The position numbers and the translations under genes are program-made. From positions 98,087 through 162,086 of the forward strand of contig CAVWBU010000018.1 in assembly GCA_963753345.1 (NCBI GenBank): 64,000 bases of DNA. The letters run 5' to 3'. Source of the DNA: an uncultured Fibrobacterota bacterium (GTDB lineage Bacteria > Fibrobacterota > Chitinivibrionia > Chitinivibrionales > FEN-1185). Under the pieces are notes generated by a model that was given only the letters and a program-made list of their open reading frames with translations, was not told the DNA's origin and did no database searches. The first letter of the stretch is position 1. Every line of letters begins with the position of its first letter. Below are positions 51,955-63,100 of this stretch, in pieces.

Positions 51955-52314
51955 TCAGTTTTCAGACTGTTTTATAAACAATAGAGCGATGCTTTTTGTA
52001 AACATCTCCCACGCCGAAGCCAGGGCGGCTGCCTGGCTTTCGGCACCTTCGGCCTTTAGAAGTATGATGGCCGTTGCGACCGTAGAATACATAACGAACA
52101 GCGGCGTCTCGTCCGCCTTCATGTCTTCCAGGTTCTTTCTCAAGTAAGCGTTCACGCGCCGCCATTGTTCGACTAACCCCTGGGCTGCAAGACCTTTTTC
52201 CTTTTCGGCAAGCACGACTGCCGAATAATATATCACGGCGTCAACGATTGCCATATCCGGCCCGTAAGGGTTCGAAGGTATGCTTTTGTCTTTTGCTTCG
52301 TTCATGTTCAACAT
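51955..52314 (-). CDS. Hypothetical protein
   Basis: Co-oriented with neighbours; resembles the upstream ORF (AQ.L..QW.R...YL..NL/HL; .TA/IA..LL...G.ES.A..L..A). Confidence 0.55.
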   Translation of the reverse strand: MLNMNEAKDKSIPSNPYGPDMAIVDAVIYYSAVVLAEKEKGLAAQGLVEQWRRVNAYLRKNLEDMKADETPLFVMYSTVATAIILLKAEGAESQAAALASAWEMFTKSIALLFIKQSEN

Positions 52315-52760
52315 CTTCTTGATTGATTTTTTCCAGCCTTCGGAATATGCCTTTTCAAAGAAGTCGACCAGGACTTTTGAGAATTCATAAGCGCCGTGTG
52401 CAGAACCTCTGCGTGCGATTCCGTGCCCATCTTCCTCAAGAGTAGCACGGCAATCGTGATTTCCATGTATATTCCATCGATTTTCGTTTGGTATAGTTCA
52501 GGATCAGGCAAATGGTTGTCGAGGTAGTTCCGGGCGCGTTTCCATTGATCTTCGAGCGCCTGCGCCTCCGCGAGATGCTCAAAATTGCGGAGTTCGACAA
52601 GAGTGAAGTGAAATGCCACGCCGAGTTCCGCGTATGCGGTGACCTGTTTTTGTTCTTCTTCGTTCAAGCTCACTTGAAAGCCCCCTTTGTAAAGGTCTTG
52701 TTCGCCGCCTCTATGCGTTTGAAAAATTCCAGTCGCAACCGGGCCGCCCGCTGTTGACAA
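52308..52760 (-). CDS. Hypothetical protein, apparent paralogue of 51955-52314
   Basis: AQALEDQWKRARNYL..IAVLLLRKMGTESHAEVL versus AQGLVEQWRRVNAYL..TAIILLKAEGAESQAAAL. Start uncertain. Confidence 0.55.
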   Translation of the reverse strand: MSTAGGPVATGIFQTHRGGEQDLYKGGFQVSLNEEEQKQVTAYAELGVAFHFTLVELRNFEHLAEAQALEDQWKRARNYLDNHLPDPELYQTKIDGIYMEITIAVLLLRKMGTESHAEVLHTALMNSQKSWSTSLKRHIPKAGKNQSRRC

Positions 52761-52825
52761 ACATCTTTTGCAGCGCCGCGTCCTGTTCGACGCCGGTCCC
52801 TGTGACGTGAACGCTGTACATCGAA

Positions 52826-53314
52826 TCAGCCGTGTTCGTTGAAGTAAACGGGGTCGCCGACCTTTCCGAACCCGACGCGGAAGGGACGGTATTTACCGTC
52901 TTCGATCTTGATCCATTTCGGGTCCGCCTGGTTTGTGGAATACCCGAGCGCGTCGGCGATAGAATAGAAGTACGCTTTGTTAAGACGGTTGCCGGGCTTG
53001 CCGTCCAAAGTCAAGGGAGTCAACGCGGCCCGAACGTGCGCCACGACCACGGCCGCGCGCTGCGCGTCGGTCGCTCCGAGGTCGGGCGTGATCCCGTAGG
53101 TGCGCTCCCAATCGGGAAGCGTGCCGAGAACCGTGTCTGAGGTTGCCGTGTCAGGGAACAATTCCTGATGCAACCGCTTCGCCCGGCCCTCTGCGCGGTC
53201 CAGCGCAAGGCCCTTGGAGTCCAGCCACACGTCCAGGTCGCCGTCGAGATCAAGCGGGAAAAGCTTCTTCAAAACCGAGTAGTGGCGGCTCTGCGGATTG
53301 TACGACATCTTCAA
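52826..53314 (-). CDS. Mu gp48/YmfQ (DUF2313)-like tail/baseplate protein, probably truncated
   Basis: LKKLFP...ELFPDTA....LPDWERTYGI....T..QR...AYF..IA.ALGY...PFRVG...VGD. Confidence 0.75.
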   Translation of the reverse strand: MKMSYNPQSRHYSVLKKLFPLDLDGDLDVWLDSKGLALDRAEGRAKRLHQELFPDTATSDTVLGTLPDWERTYGITPDLGATDAQRAAVVVAHVRAALTPLTLDGKPGNRLNKAYFYSIADALGYSTNQADPKWIKIEDGKYRPFRVGFGKVGDPVYFNEHG

Positions 53315-53660
53315 TTTCCTTTCCTGAGTGGCTCCAAGGCCGGTTTTTCACTTGTTGAAGGTCCGCAAAGGGCAGTTTTACCCCTGTTTTCGGTCAAAAT
53401 TGTGCTTTTCCTGTTCACTTGCCCTCCAGTTTCGCGCCGACCCGCAGTAGAACCCGTTTAACGATGTTCAATTTCGACGATCTCAAATTTCCCGCCCCCT
53501 TGCTCGTCCGGACCCGAGATCGTCGATTGTAGGGCCACTAACGGCGTTCTACATGCGGTCGGTTTTCGCAAAAACGGCACCTTTTCGGCCCCGAGGGCTT
53601 GTTTTCCCGAAAAAAGCGGTTTTTTAAATATTATTGAAGTTCCCTTAAATCAATCGTCCG

Positions 53661-53891
53661 CTAGGCGTCGACCAGGCTCACCGTCGCACCGTCTTGCCTG
53701 GGCTTCATTGCTCTGTCCACCGACCGCTTGAACCGCTCCCACTGATAATGAAAACCGTTGATATTGTATTTGTCTTGTCCGTCACCATCCACACAGGCAT
53801 TAATACAAGTTTCCAGAATGTAAAGGTCTTCAATAAGTTCGTCCACATCGGAAAGAGCGCTCGTTCTTCTTTCTTCTTTCTTCTTTGCCAT
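53661..53891 (-). CDS. Small hypothetical protein
   Basis: RBS AAGGG; 76 aa; co-oriented with the early genes. Confidence 0.45.
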   Translation of the reverse strand: MAKKKEERRTSALSDVDELIEDLYILETCINACVDGDGQDKYNINGFHYQWERFKRSVDRAMKPRQDGATVSLVDA

Positions 53892-54621
53892 GATGTTTTC
53901 CCTTTAGTAGATGTTATTGAAAAAAGGGGCGAGCCACAGTCCCGCTCAAACTTCCAAGGCGGTGCGGCGGTTTCCTGACTCGCAATGGTTTCCCCTTCTT
54001 GTATTTGACAAAACGCAAAGGTGATTCTTCCGCACGTTACTATATGCCGACGCAAAAAAGGTTTATTCCCGGATCGGCGTGAGAGCTGCGGAGGCCATTT
54101 TGTGAAGCGTCGAGCCGTTGCCGTAAAAATCGGCCGAATCGTTCTTTCAAAAACCTGATGAACGCAACCGCGCAACACAATACGGTCTTCCTTCTGCGCC
54201 GCTATGACGACGGACCGTGAATCCAACGCGCCCGAGTTAAACGCCTTGATGACGGCCGCAGCCAACGCATCAAGCGCCGCCTGCTTTTCGTTTCCTGTTT
54301 TCGCCCCTTTGTTCCTAGACATATTTCCCTCCAATTTGTTAAGGTTTAAAAAAAAGCGGCCGCTCGCCCTGCGTATTACCGCAGCTGCGGACACACACTT
54401 GAGTACGCCACAGACGGCCGCCATGTGAAAAAAAGGGAAAGGGCAGCGAGGGAGCTTTTCCCGCGAGGAGACGCGACGCCCGCTCTTTCGATGCGGACGC
54501 TCCTTGCCTCCCGAACAGTTCGCGCAAAGTCAAGGACGCCTTCGCGCTTCCGTTCCGGCCAACGTCATAACCCATCGGCCGTCCCTGTAATTTGAAAAAG
54601 ATATTCATAATATTGTTACTC

Positions 54622-55526
54622 TTACGAAAGCAGTACATCCGCCGCGCGTCTCACGACCTGCCGTGAAATCTCCATGTTATTCAGGTCCGCGATATGCCTT
54701 GACATTCGGCACAACTTGGAAAGCCGCCACGCATTCTCATTGCACAGTTTCCAATATTCCGGCCAGAGATGACCGCCGAAGGCACGGCCGCGCGCACGAG
54801 TTTCTCGGCGTCGGCCTCTTAAATACTGTCAACTTTAATTGCAAGCCCGACGCGAGAATAAAGTTGACTGTGTTCCCCGCGTCGGCCGCGCATTTGCTCA
54901 ATCAGGCGAGGCATTCCCACGAGCACAACACAGATACCGGCGAGATCATGCAGGCGGCGCAGCATGTTCAGCGTCTTCACGCTCACGTTTTCCGCCTGGT
55001 CAAGAACGCAGATTTTGCCGGAGTCTTTGAGCTTCTTTACCGCGTTATCGAACAACTCGGGAAGCGACGTGTAGGTGGGAAGTCCCAACATCGCGTTTAT
55101 CTTGCGGAAAATGTGGGACGGATTATATCCACAGGATGACTCAATAACCAGGGCGCGTCCCTTTTCCTTGCGCGCCCACGAGAGTACGGAAACGGTTTTT
55201 CCTATTCCGCTTTCCCCGTAGATTACCACGATGTCGCTCTGTGTCGCGCCCAGGGCTATTGCCTCAGCGATCCTCTTTGATACCGTGGTTTCCACAAATT
55301 CGTCGCCGGTGTCAGGTGTTCCCTTTTGGGAGCTTGCTTTCGCTATGCCCGCGAGAATCCGTTCACCGAGTTTTGGCAAGCTGCCGACTGCCTTATAATC
55401 GAGGACCATGTGGACCTGGGCGGGGGACAAGCCGAGCATTTCCCGGCCTTCTGCTGGGAAATTCCTTTCCCTTTGCAAACATGCGCTCTCGAAAAGGACG
55501 CGGGAAGAGTAGGTGAGTTTTTTCAT
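54622..55526 (-). pseudogene. MuB-like AAA+ transposition ATPase with a disrupted C-terminus
   Basis: VIYGESGIGKT (Walker A), VLDQAE (Walker B variant), LRRLHD..GI..VLVG.P.L and QLYSRVG. The C-terminal helices continue in other frames to a TAA at 54622. Confidence 0.85.
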
Positions 55527-55527
55527 T

Positions 55528-57705
55528 TTAGCCCGCCTGCCGTTGTTCTTTGTCGGATTCAAGAATAGGAAGTTGACGCTCCGCACCGTTTTTCCGGTTC
55601 CAGATTTCGCGATTGTGGGGGTCCTGGAGCCAAATTTCCTGGTCGGTATCAGTCAAAAAGTACGGGATTTCCTCGCGTCCCTTCGGGGGTACGAGGTGAC
55701 TAATATCGCCGGTTCCCCGTTCGTCAAGGAACTTCTTTTCCTTGACAATCCGGTCATATTCAGAACTAGGCAAGCGGTGAATCTTCGGGTTTTCTTCGGC
55801 CGCACCACCTGAAGTTTCTTGCGTTGCGAGCTTCATTCTGGAAACGTGGTCGACAATGCTTATGGAGTGTGCGGATTTGGAAAACGCTTTTGTGATTCGG
55901 AGGTCTTTGCGTTTGACGGAAAGTGCACTCCGAAGCTGCGCGGTGTCTGCGGGACCATCAACAAACGCTTGCGCGGTGAGTCGCTCCTCGTGGGCGATGC
56001 AAATAAATTCATCAGTGACGGAATCAAAAACCCATGCAACTCCAAAGTTTTTCGGGTCGCGCCTCATGTAGACTTTTCGTCCCTTCATCCCCGAAAAGGC
56101 TTCCGCCCAATAGCGAAGGTCATACTTGCTGTCCGTCAAGCCGTTCCGTCCAATCCTCACGTCACCGCTTTGCCGCATGCAAAACAATACAATTGCGTCG
56201 GGGTGTATTTCGCGCTTGACAATGAAGTCGTTAGCAAATACCCAGTTTGGAGATTTGCCTTTGTGGTTCTTCCCGTAAACGGCTCGGTTGTTGAAACTTT
56301 CCTCAATAAAGGTATTGAAAAGCAGACTAGAATTCCGAAAAGGAAAGAATTGCTCTTGATCCGATTTCGTCGGTGAGTTTTTCCGGCTGCTCAGTCACGT
56401 TGCTTCCCCGATATCCCACGCAGAATTTGCAAAACATGTTGATGAGGAACGGAAGTCACGTTCAATTGGTTTCGCTTGGGCGTTATATGGAGCAGCAAAG
56501 TGAGCGACAACACCAAGAAGGGAAGAGCGGTCCGCCGCTTTTGGTCGTCATCATTGCCTTCTACCTTCGACAAGCCGCCTGCGCTTTCCGGCAAAATCTT
56601 TGCTCCGGTAATCCTTTCCGTTATCAATCAAAATTCTCTTTGGCAGTCCGTATTTTAGGACAGCCAAGTAGAATGTATAAAAAATATCGTCGCTGTTTGG
56701 GTCATTGCAGTGCAGGAGCCAGGACAGCCATTTGCCACTTTTGTAATCGCGCCAGACCGTAAGCCAGGGGAAACACGGTTTTCCAGATTCTCCACTGTAA
56801 AGAGCAATATCGACTTGGTGATGATCGCTCACCCAGACTTCTCCCGCGTGGATCGCTGAGTCATCGCGCTCAATGTAAGATGCAAATTTGCGGTTCCATT
56901 TTTTTTGACCATACCGCGCCAGATATTTCGCTTGTTCTGGGACATCGCGGTTGAGCTTATTCATGAAGGCACTACCGGAGGGGAAATTCGTCACGTCGAG
57001 GCCGTGCTGCTTTGCATAGCCCAAAGCATCTTGGCGGCATGCCTCAACAGATCGTGCGCTGTCACATAGATAAAGCCCTTTGAATACGTCATAGACATTG
57101 TCGGGCACGATTGACACTCCAGCACGCTTCCCGTACTTCGCAATAATGTTTGCGACACCTTCGGCCTCATACCGGATTCGCGCGTCGCGGATCGCCGAGT
57201 AACTGGTTTTCTGTTGGGGGTTCTCCTTGTTCCATGCCTCAATGAACGCCTTTAGATTCTTCTTGCTCTGGACTCCTTCACAAGCGGAAATAATCGCGAG
57301 GTATTTGTCCACACGTTTCCGCGCCCAGGCGGGAGCGGCTTGGTATGCCCGCGCATCAGCATCGCGGTCGTGGTCTTCTGGAGCCGGGAGCTGCGGCGCT
57401 ATTGTCAAAGCGGAGGGCGCAGGCTTGGAGACAAGAGACTCGAAGTATTTCTTTTGAGCTTCGGGAGGGAGAGAATCAACGAAGACGAAGCGTTGTTTTC
57501 CGCCATTACATTTTTTCCATTCGTATTGCAGTTTGTCGCTTGCGAGCAACGTTTGAACGTAGCGAACGGTGACCCCCATAAGGTTCGCTGCTTGTCGATT
57601 AGAAATGGATTTGCGAGGGTTCACGAAGTTCCCCAGGGCGACAGGGTTTTGAACGCTGAGACTGTCTAAGAAACCGATGCCGATTCTTCCGACGTGGCGT
57701 CCCAA
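55528..57705 (-). pseudogene. MuA-like DDE transposase with several frameshifts
   Basis: N-terminal HTH, SLPPEAQ, WVSDHHQVD, PWLTVWRD.KS and LIDNGKDY. HFAAPYNAQAKPIERDF lies in another frame, and the C-terminal Mu-transpos_C-like part is ORF 55528-56187. Confidence 0.88.
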
Positions 57706-58052
57706 CCTAATTCTTGCTCGTATGCCTTGACGATTTGCGGGTTCTCCGCTTTGACAAGTTGGTATATATCCCTTGAGGAGGCACTCGGAAACTGCTTCTT
57801 TTTCGCTTCCATCAAGTATGAAATGTGTTGAGTTGCGGTCATCCCTGGAAACGCTGTGTTCTGAGCGGCTTTCTTTTTTTCAGAGAAACTCGCGGAAGCG
57901 TTCTCTCCTTTCTGTCCAAAGAGTTCGGTGTACAACTCGGGACGCCGTGCCTTCAATTCCTTGAACTTCCGGGCGGTCGTCATGCCGGGCTTTCGATAGG
58001 GAAGACCCTCCATCTCGCGCTGCAACTCAAGATATGCGGCGTTAATGTCCAT
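57666..58052 (-). CDS. Hypothetical protein, possibly scaffold-like
   Basis: RBS GGAGG; two helical motifs, FKELKARRPELY and YQLVKAENPQIV..Y. Confidence 0.6.
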   Translation of the reverse strand: MDINAAYLELQREMEGLPYRKPGMTTARKFKELKARRPELYTELFGQKGENASASFSEKKKAAQNTAFPGMTATQHISYLMEAKKKQFPSASSRDIYQLVKAENPQIVKAYEQELGWDATSEESASVS

Positions 58053-58365
58053 TTTTTCGCCTCCTTAATTTGGGTTTGTGGGAAGTTCTTCTTTTCGAGT
58101 ACTTCGGGAAATACTGAGAGAGCAAAAAACCGGAGTTGGGCCGATAAATCTTAATTGACAATCCGTACTTCGCTGCTGTCACGTGTATAAAGTCGTCGAG
58201 AGCTGCGGATATTCGACGACTCTTTATCTTTCCGTCAAGGACAGACGCGATTGAGGTATGGGAAACCGAAGGCTTCAACGAGCGCGCAAATGAAGACATG
58301 GATTCTTTTTCAAGCACGCAGCAGCCTAAAAACAGTATTTTGCGGAGTGCGCGTTCGGCGGTCAT
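58042..58365 (-). CDS. Ner/Cro-like transcriptional regulator
   Basis: Divergent from the repressor; SMSSFARSL..SVSHTSIASVLDGKIKSRRI HTH-like pattern. Confidence 0.65.
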   Translation of the reverse strand: MTAERALRKILFLGCCVLEKESMSSFARSLKPSVSHTSIASVLDGKIKSRRISAALDDFIHVTAAKYGLSIKIYRPNSGFLLSQYFPKYSKRRTSHKPKLRRRKNGH

Positions 58366-58437
58366 TTAAGAAAGTGCCTCTTCAAGATTCAATAGGAAGC
58401 TTCAAGTGAAACTTACAACCATGCCTAATAATACATC

Positions 58438-59079
58438 ATGTGTTGTATGAGTGTCAATAACAAAAATACAACAACTGAGCAAAGCAAATACGTGGATATT
58501 AATGACCGCATTGGGCTCGCCGTTATATGCCGGGGTCTTTCCCAAAAAGAATTGTCGGCGCGGGTTGGAATTTCCCAGAATGCCATGGTGAACTATGTTA
58601 AAGGAAGGAGAGAGCCTCCAGTAAAAACTTTACTCTCGATATGCGAGATTTGTCAGGTCGACGCAGGGTGGATGATTAGCGGCGAGGTTAATAAGGCGAT
58701 ATGCAATGCGCTTCTCAAGTCAATGGAGAGAAAGCACATTCCGATAGAGCTATTCGCGAAAAAGCTAGAAGTTGCTCCCGATTTTTTCAAGAGCCTTATG
58801 AGCTTTAAGATCGAACCTTCCTTGTCCTTTGTCAAAAGATACCATGACCTGTTTCACGACAAACTTGATAGAGATTTGTTGTTAACGGTTACTGGAGCAT
58901 TGGTCACCGAGGCTGTCGATTTTGATTCCCATGCGGACGCCGTTTTTGACCCGAAGATACTTGAAATTGTCAATCTGATTTACGAGGACTCCGCCGCACA
59001 AGACATAATTCTGGAGATTCTTCATTCAAGGGACAGACAAAAAAAATTAGAGCAGAAGTTTGTTTCAGGTCATACGTAA
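58438..59079 (+). CDS. XRE-family phage repressor with tandem HTH domains
   Basis: RGLSQKELSARVGISQNAMVNYVKGRREP..W..G, then a second FAKKLEV....EPS motif. No S24 peptidase domain seen. Start may be GTG at 58492. Confidence 0.85.
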   Translation: MCCMSVNNKNTTTEQSKYVDINDRIGLAVICRGLSQKELSARVGISQNAMVNYVKGRREPPVKTLLSICEICQVDAGWMISGEVNKAICNALLKSMERKHIPIELFAKKLEVAPDFFKSLMSFKIEPSLSFVKRYHDLFHDKLDRDLLLTVTGALVTEAVDFDSHADAVFDPKILEIVNLIYEDSAAQDIILEILHSRDRQKKLEQKFVSGHT

Positions 59080-59093
59080 TTCCCGTTCTATCT

Positions 59094-59251
59094 ACTTCGC
59101 ACCTTTGGCAAGAAGGTGCGAAGTAAAGGTGCGAAATGTTTTCTGACTTCGCACCTTTTTTGTATCCCATACTAAATTCAATGGCTTCCAATGCGGCATA
59201 AGCCTTGTTGAGTAGCGTTTCCCCATTATTTGTTGGCTCAAAGGTGCGAAT
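59094..59251. repeat. Five copies of AAGGTGCGAA in both orientations near the element end
   Basis: ACTTCGCACCTT at ~59094 and ~59146; AAGGTGCGAA at ~59113, ~59126 and ~59241. Confidence 0.8.
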
Positions 59252-59547
59252 TGAATTTATTGGATTTTAAAGCCCGTTTAATCACCCTTTTATCTATGAA
59301 AAAGCTCGTTACTTCTATATTATATTGCCCTCCTGGGCAGTTTCAGACCATCACGCAAAAAGTTCAGGACCATCGCGCGCGTTATAATCTTCCCCAAAAA
59401 ATCTTCATTTTCCCCAAATTCTCCTATTGACTCAACCCCCTATATATTGTATCTTTATTTTGTTAAGCATCTATCGCTTGTAGCGCCCGTTGTCACACAG
59501 GAACATACGCTTTCCACGACACCTGCCCAGAAAAGGAAGCAGAACCC

Positions 59548-62500
59548 ATGGTGTTACGCAGGCTGACGATTTTCGGATTCAAGTCCTTTGCAGAAAAGAC
59601 TGAACTGGAATTCGGTGAAGGCGTCACGGCGGTGATCGGTCCCAACGGGTGTGGCAAGAGCAACGTGATCGACGCGATCCGCTGGGTGTTCGGCGAGCAG
59701 AAGCCGTCGGCGTTGCGCAGCGCGACCATGCAGGACGTTATTTTCTCCGGTACACAGAATCGCCAGGCGCTCGGCGTCGCGGAAGTCACATTGACAATAG
59801 AGAACACCAGGAAGATCCTCCCGTCCGAATTCAACGAAGTGGCCATCACCCGCAGGATATTCCGCAGCGGCGAGAGCGAATACCTCATCAACAAGGTGCC
59901 GTGCCGCCTGCGCGACATCCACACCATGTTCCTCGACACCGGCATCGGCAACTCGGCCTACACCACCATCGAAAACTCGATGATCAATTCCATTTTGAGC
60001 GACAAGGCCGAAGAGCGCCGCACCCTGTTCGAAGAGGCGGCGGGCATCGGCAAATACAAAGAGCGGAGGAAGGAAAGCCTTCGCCAGCTCGAGCACACGA
60101 GACAGGACCTGCTCCGGATCAACGACACGGTGCAGGAGGCCGACCGGCAGGTGCGCATGCTCGCGCGGCACGTGGAAAAGGCGAACCGGTACCGGCGCTA
60201 CCACAACGACCTCAAGACAATGGAAGTGAGTTTCGAAAACAAGCGGTACGCGACGTACACGGCTGCGCTGGCCTCGCGCAAGAAAGAACTTGACGAATGC
60301 GAAGAAATGCGCCAGACTGTGCGCGCCAAAGCCGCCGCCGCCGAGGCGACCATCGAGAGGATGCAGCTCACGGCGCTTGAGCAGGAGAAGGACCTCGAGA
60401 CCGCCTCCCGCAACGTGGCCGAGGCAGGCGAGGCCATTATCGGACTCGAAGGCGAACTGTCGGTCGCACGCGAGCGCACAACGAATCTGGGCGAGAATGC
60501 CGCCCGTTGCGACCGCGAAAGTCTCGGCTTCGACGAGCAGATAGAAAATGCGGGAGCGCTCCGGCTCCAGGTGGAAAAAGGAATCATCGAGCACACCTCC
60601 GAGCTCGCCGCGTTCGACGAAAAAGTTGGCCGCGCCCGCGGCGAGCTTTCGACGTTTGATGAAAAAGTGGGCCTGGCGCGGAAGGACGCCGACAACGCCG
60701 CAACCGAGCAGATCGGGATCATCAACGCGATAGGTGAACTCAACAACTCGGTCGCCGCGCTCAAGACCAATTACGCGAACTGCATGGAGCGGACCGAGCA
60801 CGACCAGAAGGAGCTTGCCGCGCTCCAGACAAGGTTCGACGAGTACCGCGAGGCGATGGAGGCGTGCAGGCGGCAGCTGGCATCGGCGCACGAATCGCAC
60901 AAGAACCTGTCGGCCTCGCGCGAGGCCCTGCTCGCCCGCATCGAAAAGGAGGACGGACAGTACCAGTCTCTTGTCGAACGGGAAAAACGCATGGAAGCGC
61001 AGATTGACGCGTGCAAGTCACAGCGGGTCTTTCTGGAGGGGCTCGACGCGGCGTTCGAGGGCTACGAGAGCGGCGTAAAAGCCGTGCTCACCAAAAACCT
61101 GCCGGGCGCGGCGGGCATCGTTGCCGATCTGGTGCGCGTGCCCGACGAGTCCATGCTCGGCCTGGTGGAACGCGTGCTTGGTCATTCGATCCAGACCCTC
61201 GTGTTCCGCACCGACGCCGACCTGAAGAACGCGGTCGCGTTTCTCTCCGCCGAGAAAGCAGGGTCGGCCCGCATGGTTTCCATGGAACGGCTCAGGCGGA
61301 CCTCGTTTGAGCCGGGCTTTGCGCACGCCTCGGCCGAACCCATGCGGAAATTCGTCCAGACCGCCGACGAGTTCTCCTGCGTCGCCGATTACCTTTTTGC
61401 AAACACCTACTGCACGTCCACCGCCGATGAGGCGATCGACCGCTCCAACGAGTTCGGCAGGGGGATATTCGCCTCCAGGGACGGCGTCGTGTGCCTGGAA
61501 AACGGGTGCGTGCTTGCCGGCGCTCCAAAGAAGGAGCAGGCGGGCATTCTCCAGCGCAAGCAGTCCATAGAGAAATGCGTCGCCGACATCGAGCGTTTCG
61601 AGAAAGAGTACCAGCGGGTGGTCCACGAAAAGGAAATCTGCATTATCAACCGCGACGAGGCCAAGTTCGCGCTCGTCGGGGTCGACGAAAAGCTCAACAC
61701 CGGCCGGCAGAAGCAGCAGGAACAGGAAACCACCATACGGCATTACGAGAACGAGAGCCGGACCGTTGCTGCCGCGATGGATGAACTCCGCGCCGAAAGC
61801 GGCCGCACGCGCGAGCGCATGGTGGATCTCGCCGCGCAGATAAAGGCCGCCGACCTGAAAAGCGAGGAACTGTCCTCGAAGCGGCAGGAGATCGAAGGCC
61901 GGGTCGAGCAATCGCGCGCCGCGCTCGCGGGCATGCAGGAGGAGCGCAACCGCATGGCCGAGCACCTCAAGAACATCGAACTTGAGATGATGGGATTGAC
62001 AAACAGGATAAACCAGGAGAAGCAGGACGTCGCGCGCCTTCTTTCCGACATTCGTCAGTACACGGCCAAGAAGGAAACTGTCGCGCAGGAAAAACAGCAG
62101 GCGCTGGCGGAGATCGAGTCCCTGGCGTCGTCGATGAAGGGCCAGGAAGAGCAGCATGGGCTTCTGCTTGCAAAGCGCGCCGACCTCGAGCAGGTGCGCG
62201 CGACCCAGCGCGACCGGTACAACGCGACGCTCCTTGAAATCGAGGAGATTCGCAAAGCACTCAAGACCGACCAGGCTTCCGGCGAGGAACTGTCGGACAA
62301 GATCCACGGTCTTGAGCTCGACCAGACGCGCGATGAACAGGAACGCCGCCGCATCCGCGAACGCATTTTCGAGGCGTACAAGGTCGACCTCGAATCACCC
62401 GAAGAGCAGATCGGGGCGGTGGAGGAGGACGAGGCCGCGGTTGTTGAGCGGATCGAAATGTTCAAAGAACGGCTCAGAAGGCTCGGCGACGTGAACATGG

Positions 62501-63096
62501 CCGCGCTTTCCGATTTTGAGACCGAGAGCGCGCGCCTGCGCGAGATGACGGTCCAGCGCGACGATTTGCAGACCGCGGTTGACGACCTGGAAAAGGCCAT
62601 AAAGAAGCTGGACAAGGAAGCGCGCGTGCAGTTCATCGCGACGTTCGACCAGGTGAAGAAGAACTTCGTCACCATGTTCACCACGCTGTTCGAGGGGGGC
62701 GAGGCCCAGCTTGACCTTGAGGAAAACGCCGACCCGCTGGAGGCCGCGATCCATATTAATGCCCGTCCGGCCGGCAAGAAGATGCGGGGCGTGGGCCTGC
62801 TTTCCGGCGGCGAGCGCGCGCTCACCGCGATTTCGCTTTTGTTCTCGCTCTATCTTGTAAAGCCCTCGGCTTACTGCATCCTCGACGAACTCGACGCGCC
62901 GCTCGACGACGCGAACATCGGCAGGTTCGTGAACATCCTCAAGAACTTCTCCGAACGGACGCAGTTCATCGTGGTGACGCACAACAAGCGCACCATGGAG
63001 GCGGCCGACCTGCTCTACGGCGTCACGCAGCAGGAAAAGGGCGTGTCCACCATCGTGGGCGTGAAGTTCGAGGAAGCGGCGCTGCAGGCCGCCTGA
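59548..63096 (+). CDS. smc: Chromosome segregation protein SMC
   Basis: GFKSF, GPNGCGKSN, coiled coils with a hinge, LSGGE, ILDELDAPLD and QFIVVTH motifs. Confidence 0.97.
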   Translation: MVLRRLTIFGFKSFAEKTELEFGEGVTAVIGPNGCGKSNVIDAIRWVFGEQKPSALRSATMQDVIFSGTQNRQALGVAEVTLTIENTRKILPSEFNEVAITRRIFRSGESEYLINKVPCRLRDIHTMFLDTGIGNSAYTTIENSMINSILSDKAEERRTLFEEAAGIGKYKERRKESLRQLEHTRQDLLRINDTVQEADRQVRMLARHVEKANRYRRYHNDLKTMEVSFENKRYATYTAALASRKKELDECEEMRQTVRAKAAAAEATIERMQLTALEQEKDLETASRNVAEAGEAIIGLEGELSVARERTTNLGENAARCDRESLGFDEQIENAGALRLQVEKGIIEHTSELAAFDEKVGRARGELSTFDEKVGLARKDADNAATEQIGIINAIGELNNSVAALKTNYANCMERTEHDQKELAALQTRFDEYREAMEACRRQLASAHESHKNLSASREALLARIEKEDGQYQSLVEREKRMEAQIDACKSQRVFLEGLDAAFEGYESGVKAVLTKNLPGAAGIVADLVRVPDESMLGLVERVLGHSIQTLVFRTDADLKNAVAFLSAEKAGSARMVSMERLRRTSFEPGFAHASAEPMRKFVQTADEFSCVADYLFANTYCTSTADEAIDRSNEFGRGIFASRDGVVCLENGCVLAGAPKKEQAGILQRKQSIEKCVADIERFEKEYQRVVHEKEICIINRDEAKFALVGVDEKLNTGRQKQQEQETTIRHYENESRTVAAAMDELRAESGRTRERMVDLAAQIKAADLKSEELSSKRQEIEGRVEQSRAALAGMQEERNRMAEHLKNIELEMMGLTNRINQEKQDVARLLSDIRQYTAKKETVAQEKQQALAEIESLASSMKGQEEQHGLLLAKRADLEQVRATQRDRYNATLLEIEEIRKALKTDQASGEELSDKIHGLELDQTRDEQERRRIRERIFEAYKVDLESPEEQIGAVEEDEAAVVERIEMFKERLRRLGDVNMAALSDFETESARLREMTVQRDDLQTAVDDLEKAIKKLDKEARVQFIATFDQVKKNFVTMFTTLFEGGEAQLDLEENADPLEAAIHINARPAGKKMRGVGLLSGGERALTAISLLFSLYLVKPSAYCILDELDAPLDDANIGRFVNILKNFSERTQFIVVTHNKRTMEAADLLYGVTQQEKGVSTIVGVKFEEAALQAA

Positions 63097-63100
63097 GCCC

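Noticed and set aside
53915..54430. Hairpin-rich leaders that might be C4/CI-like antisense regulatory RNAs
   Set aside because: Only weak complementarity is visible, and I could not define the paired target boxes.
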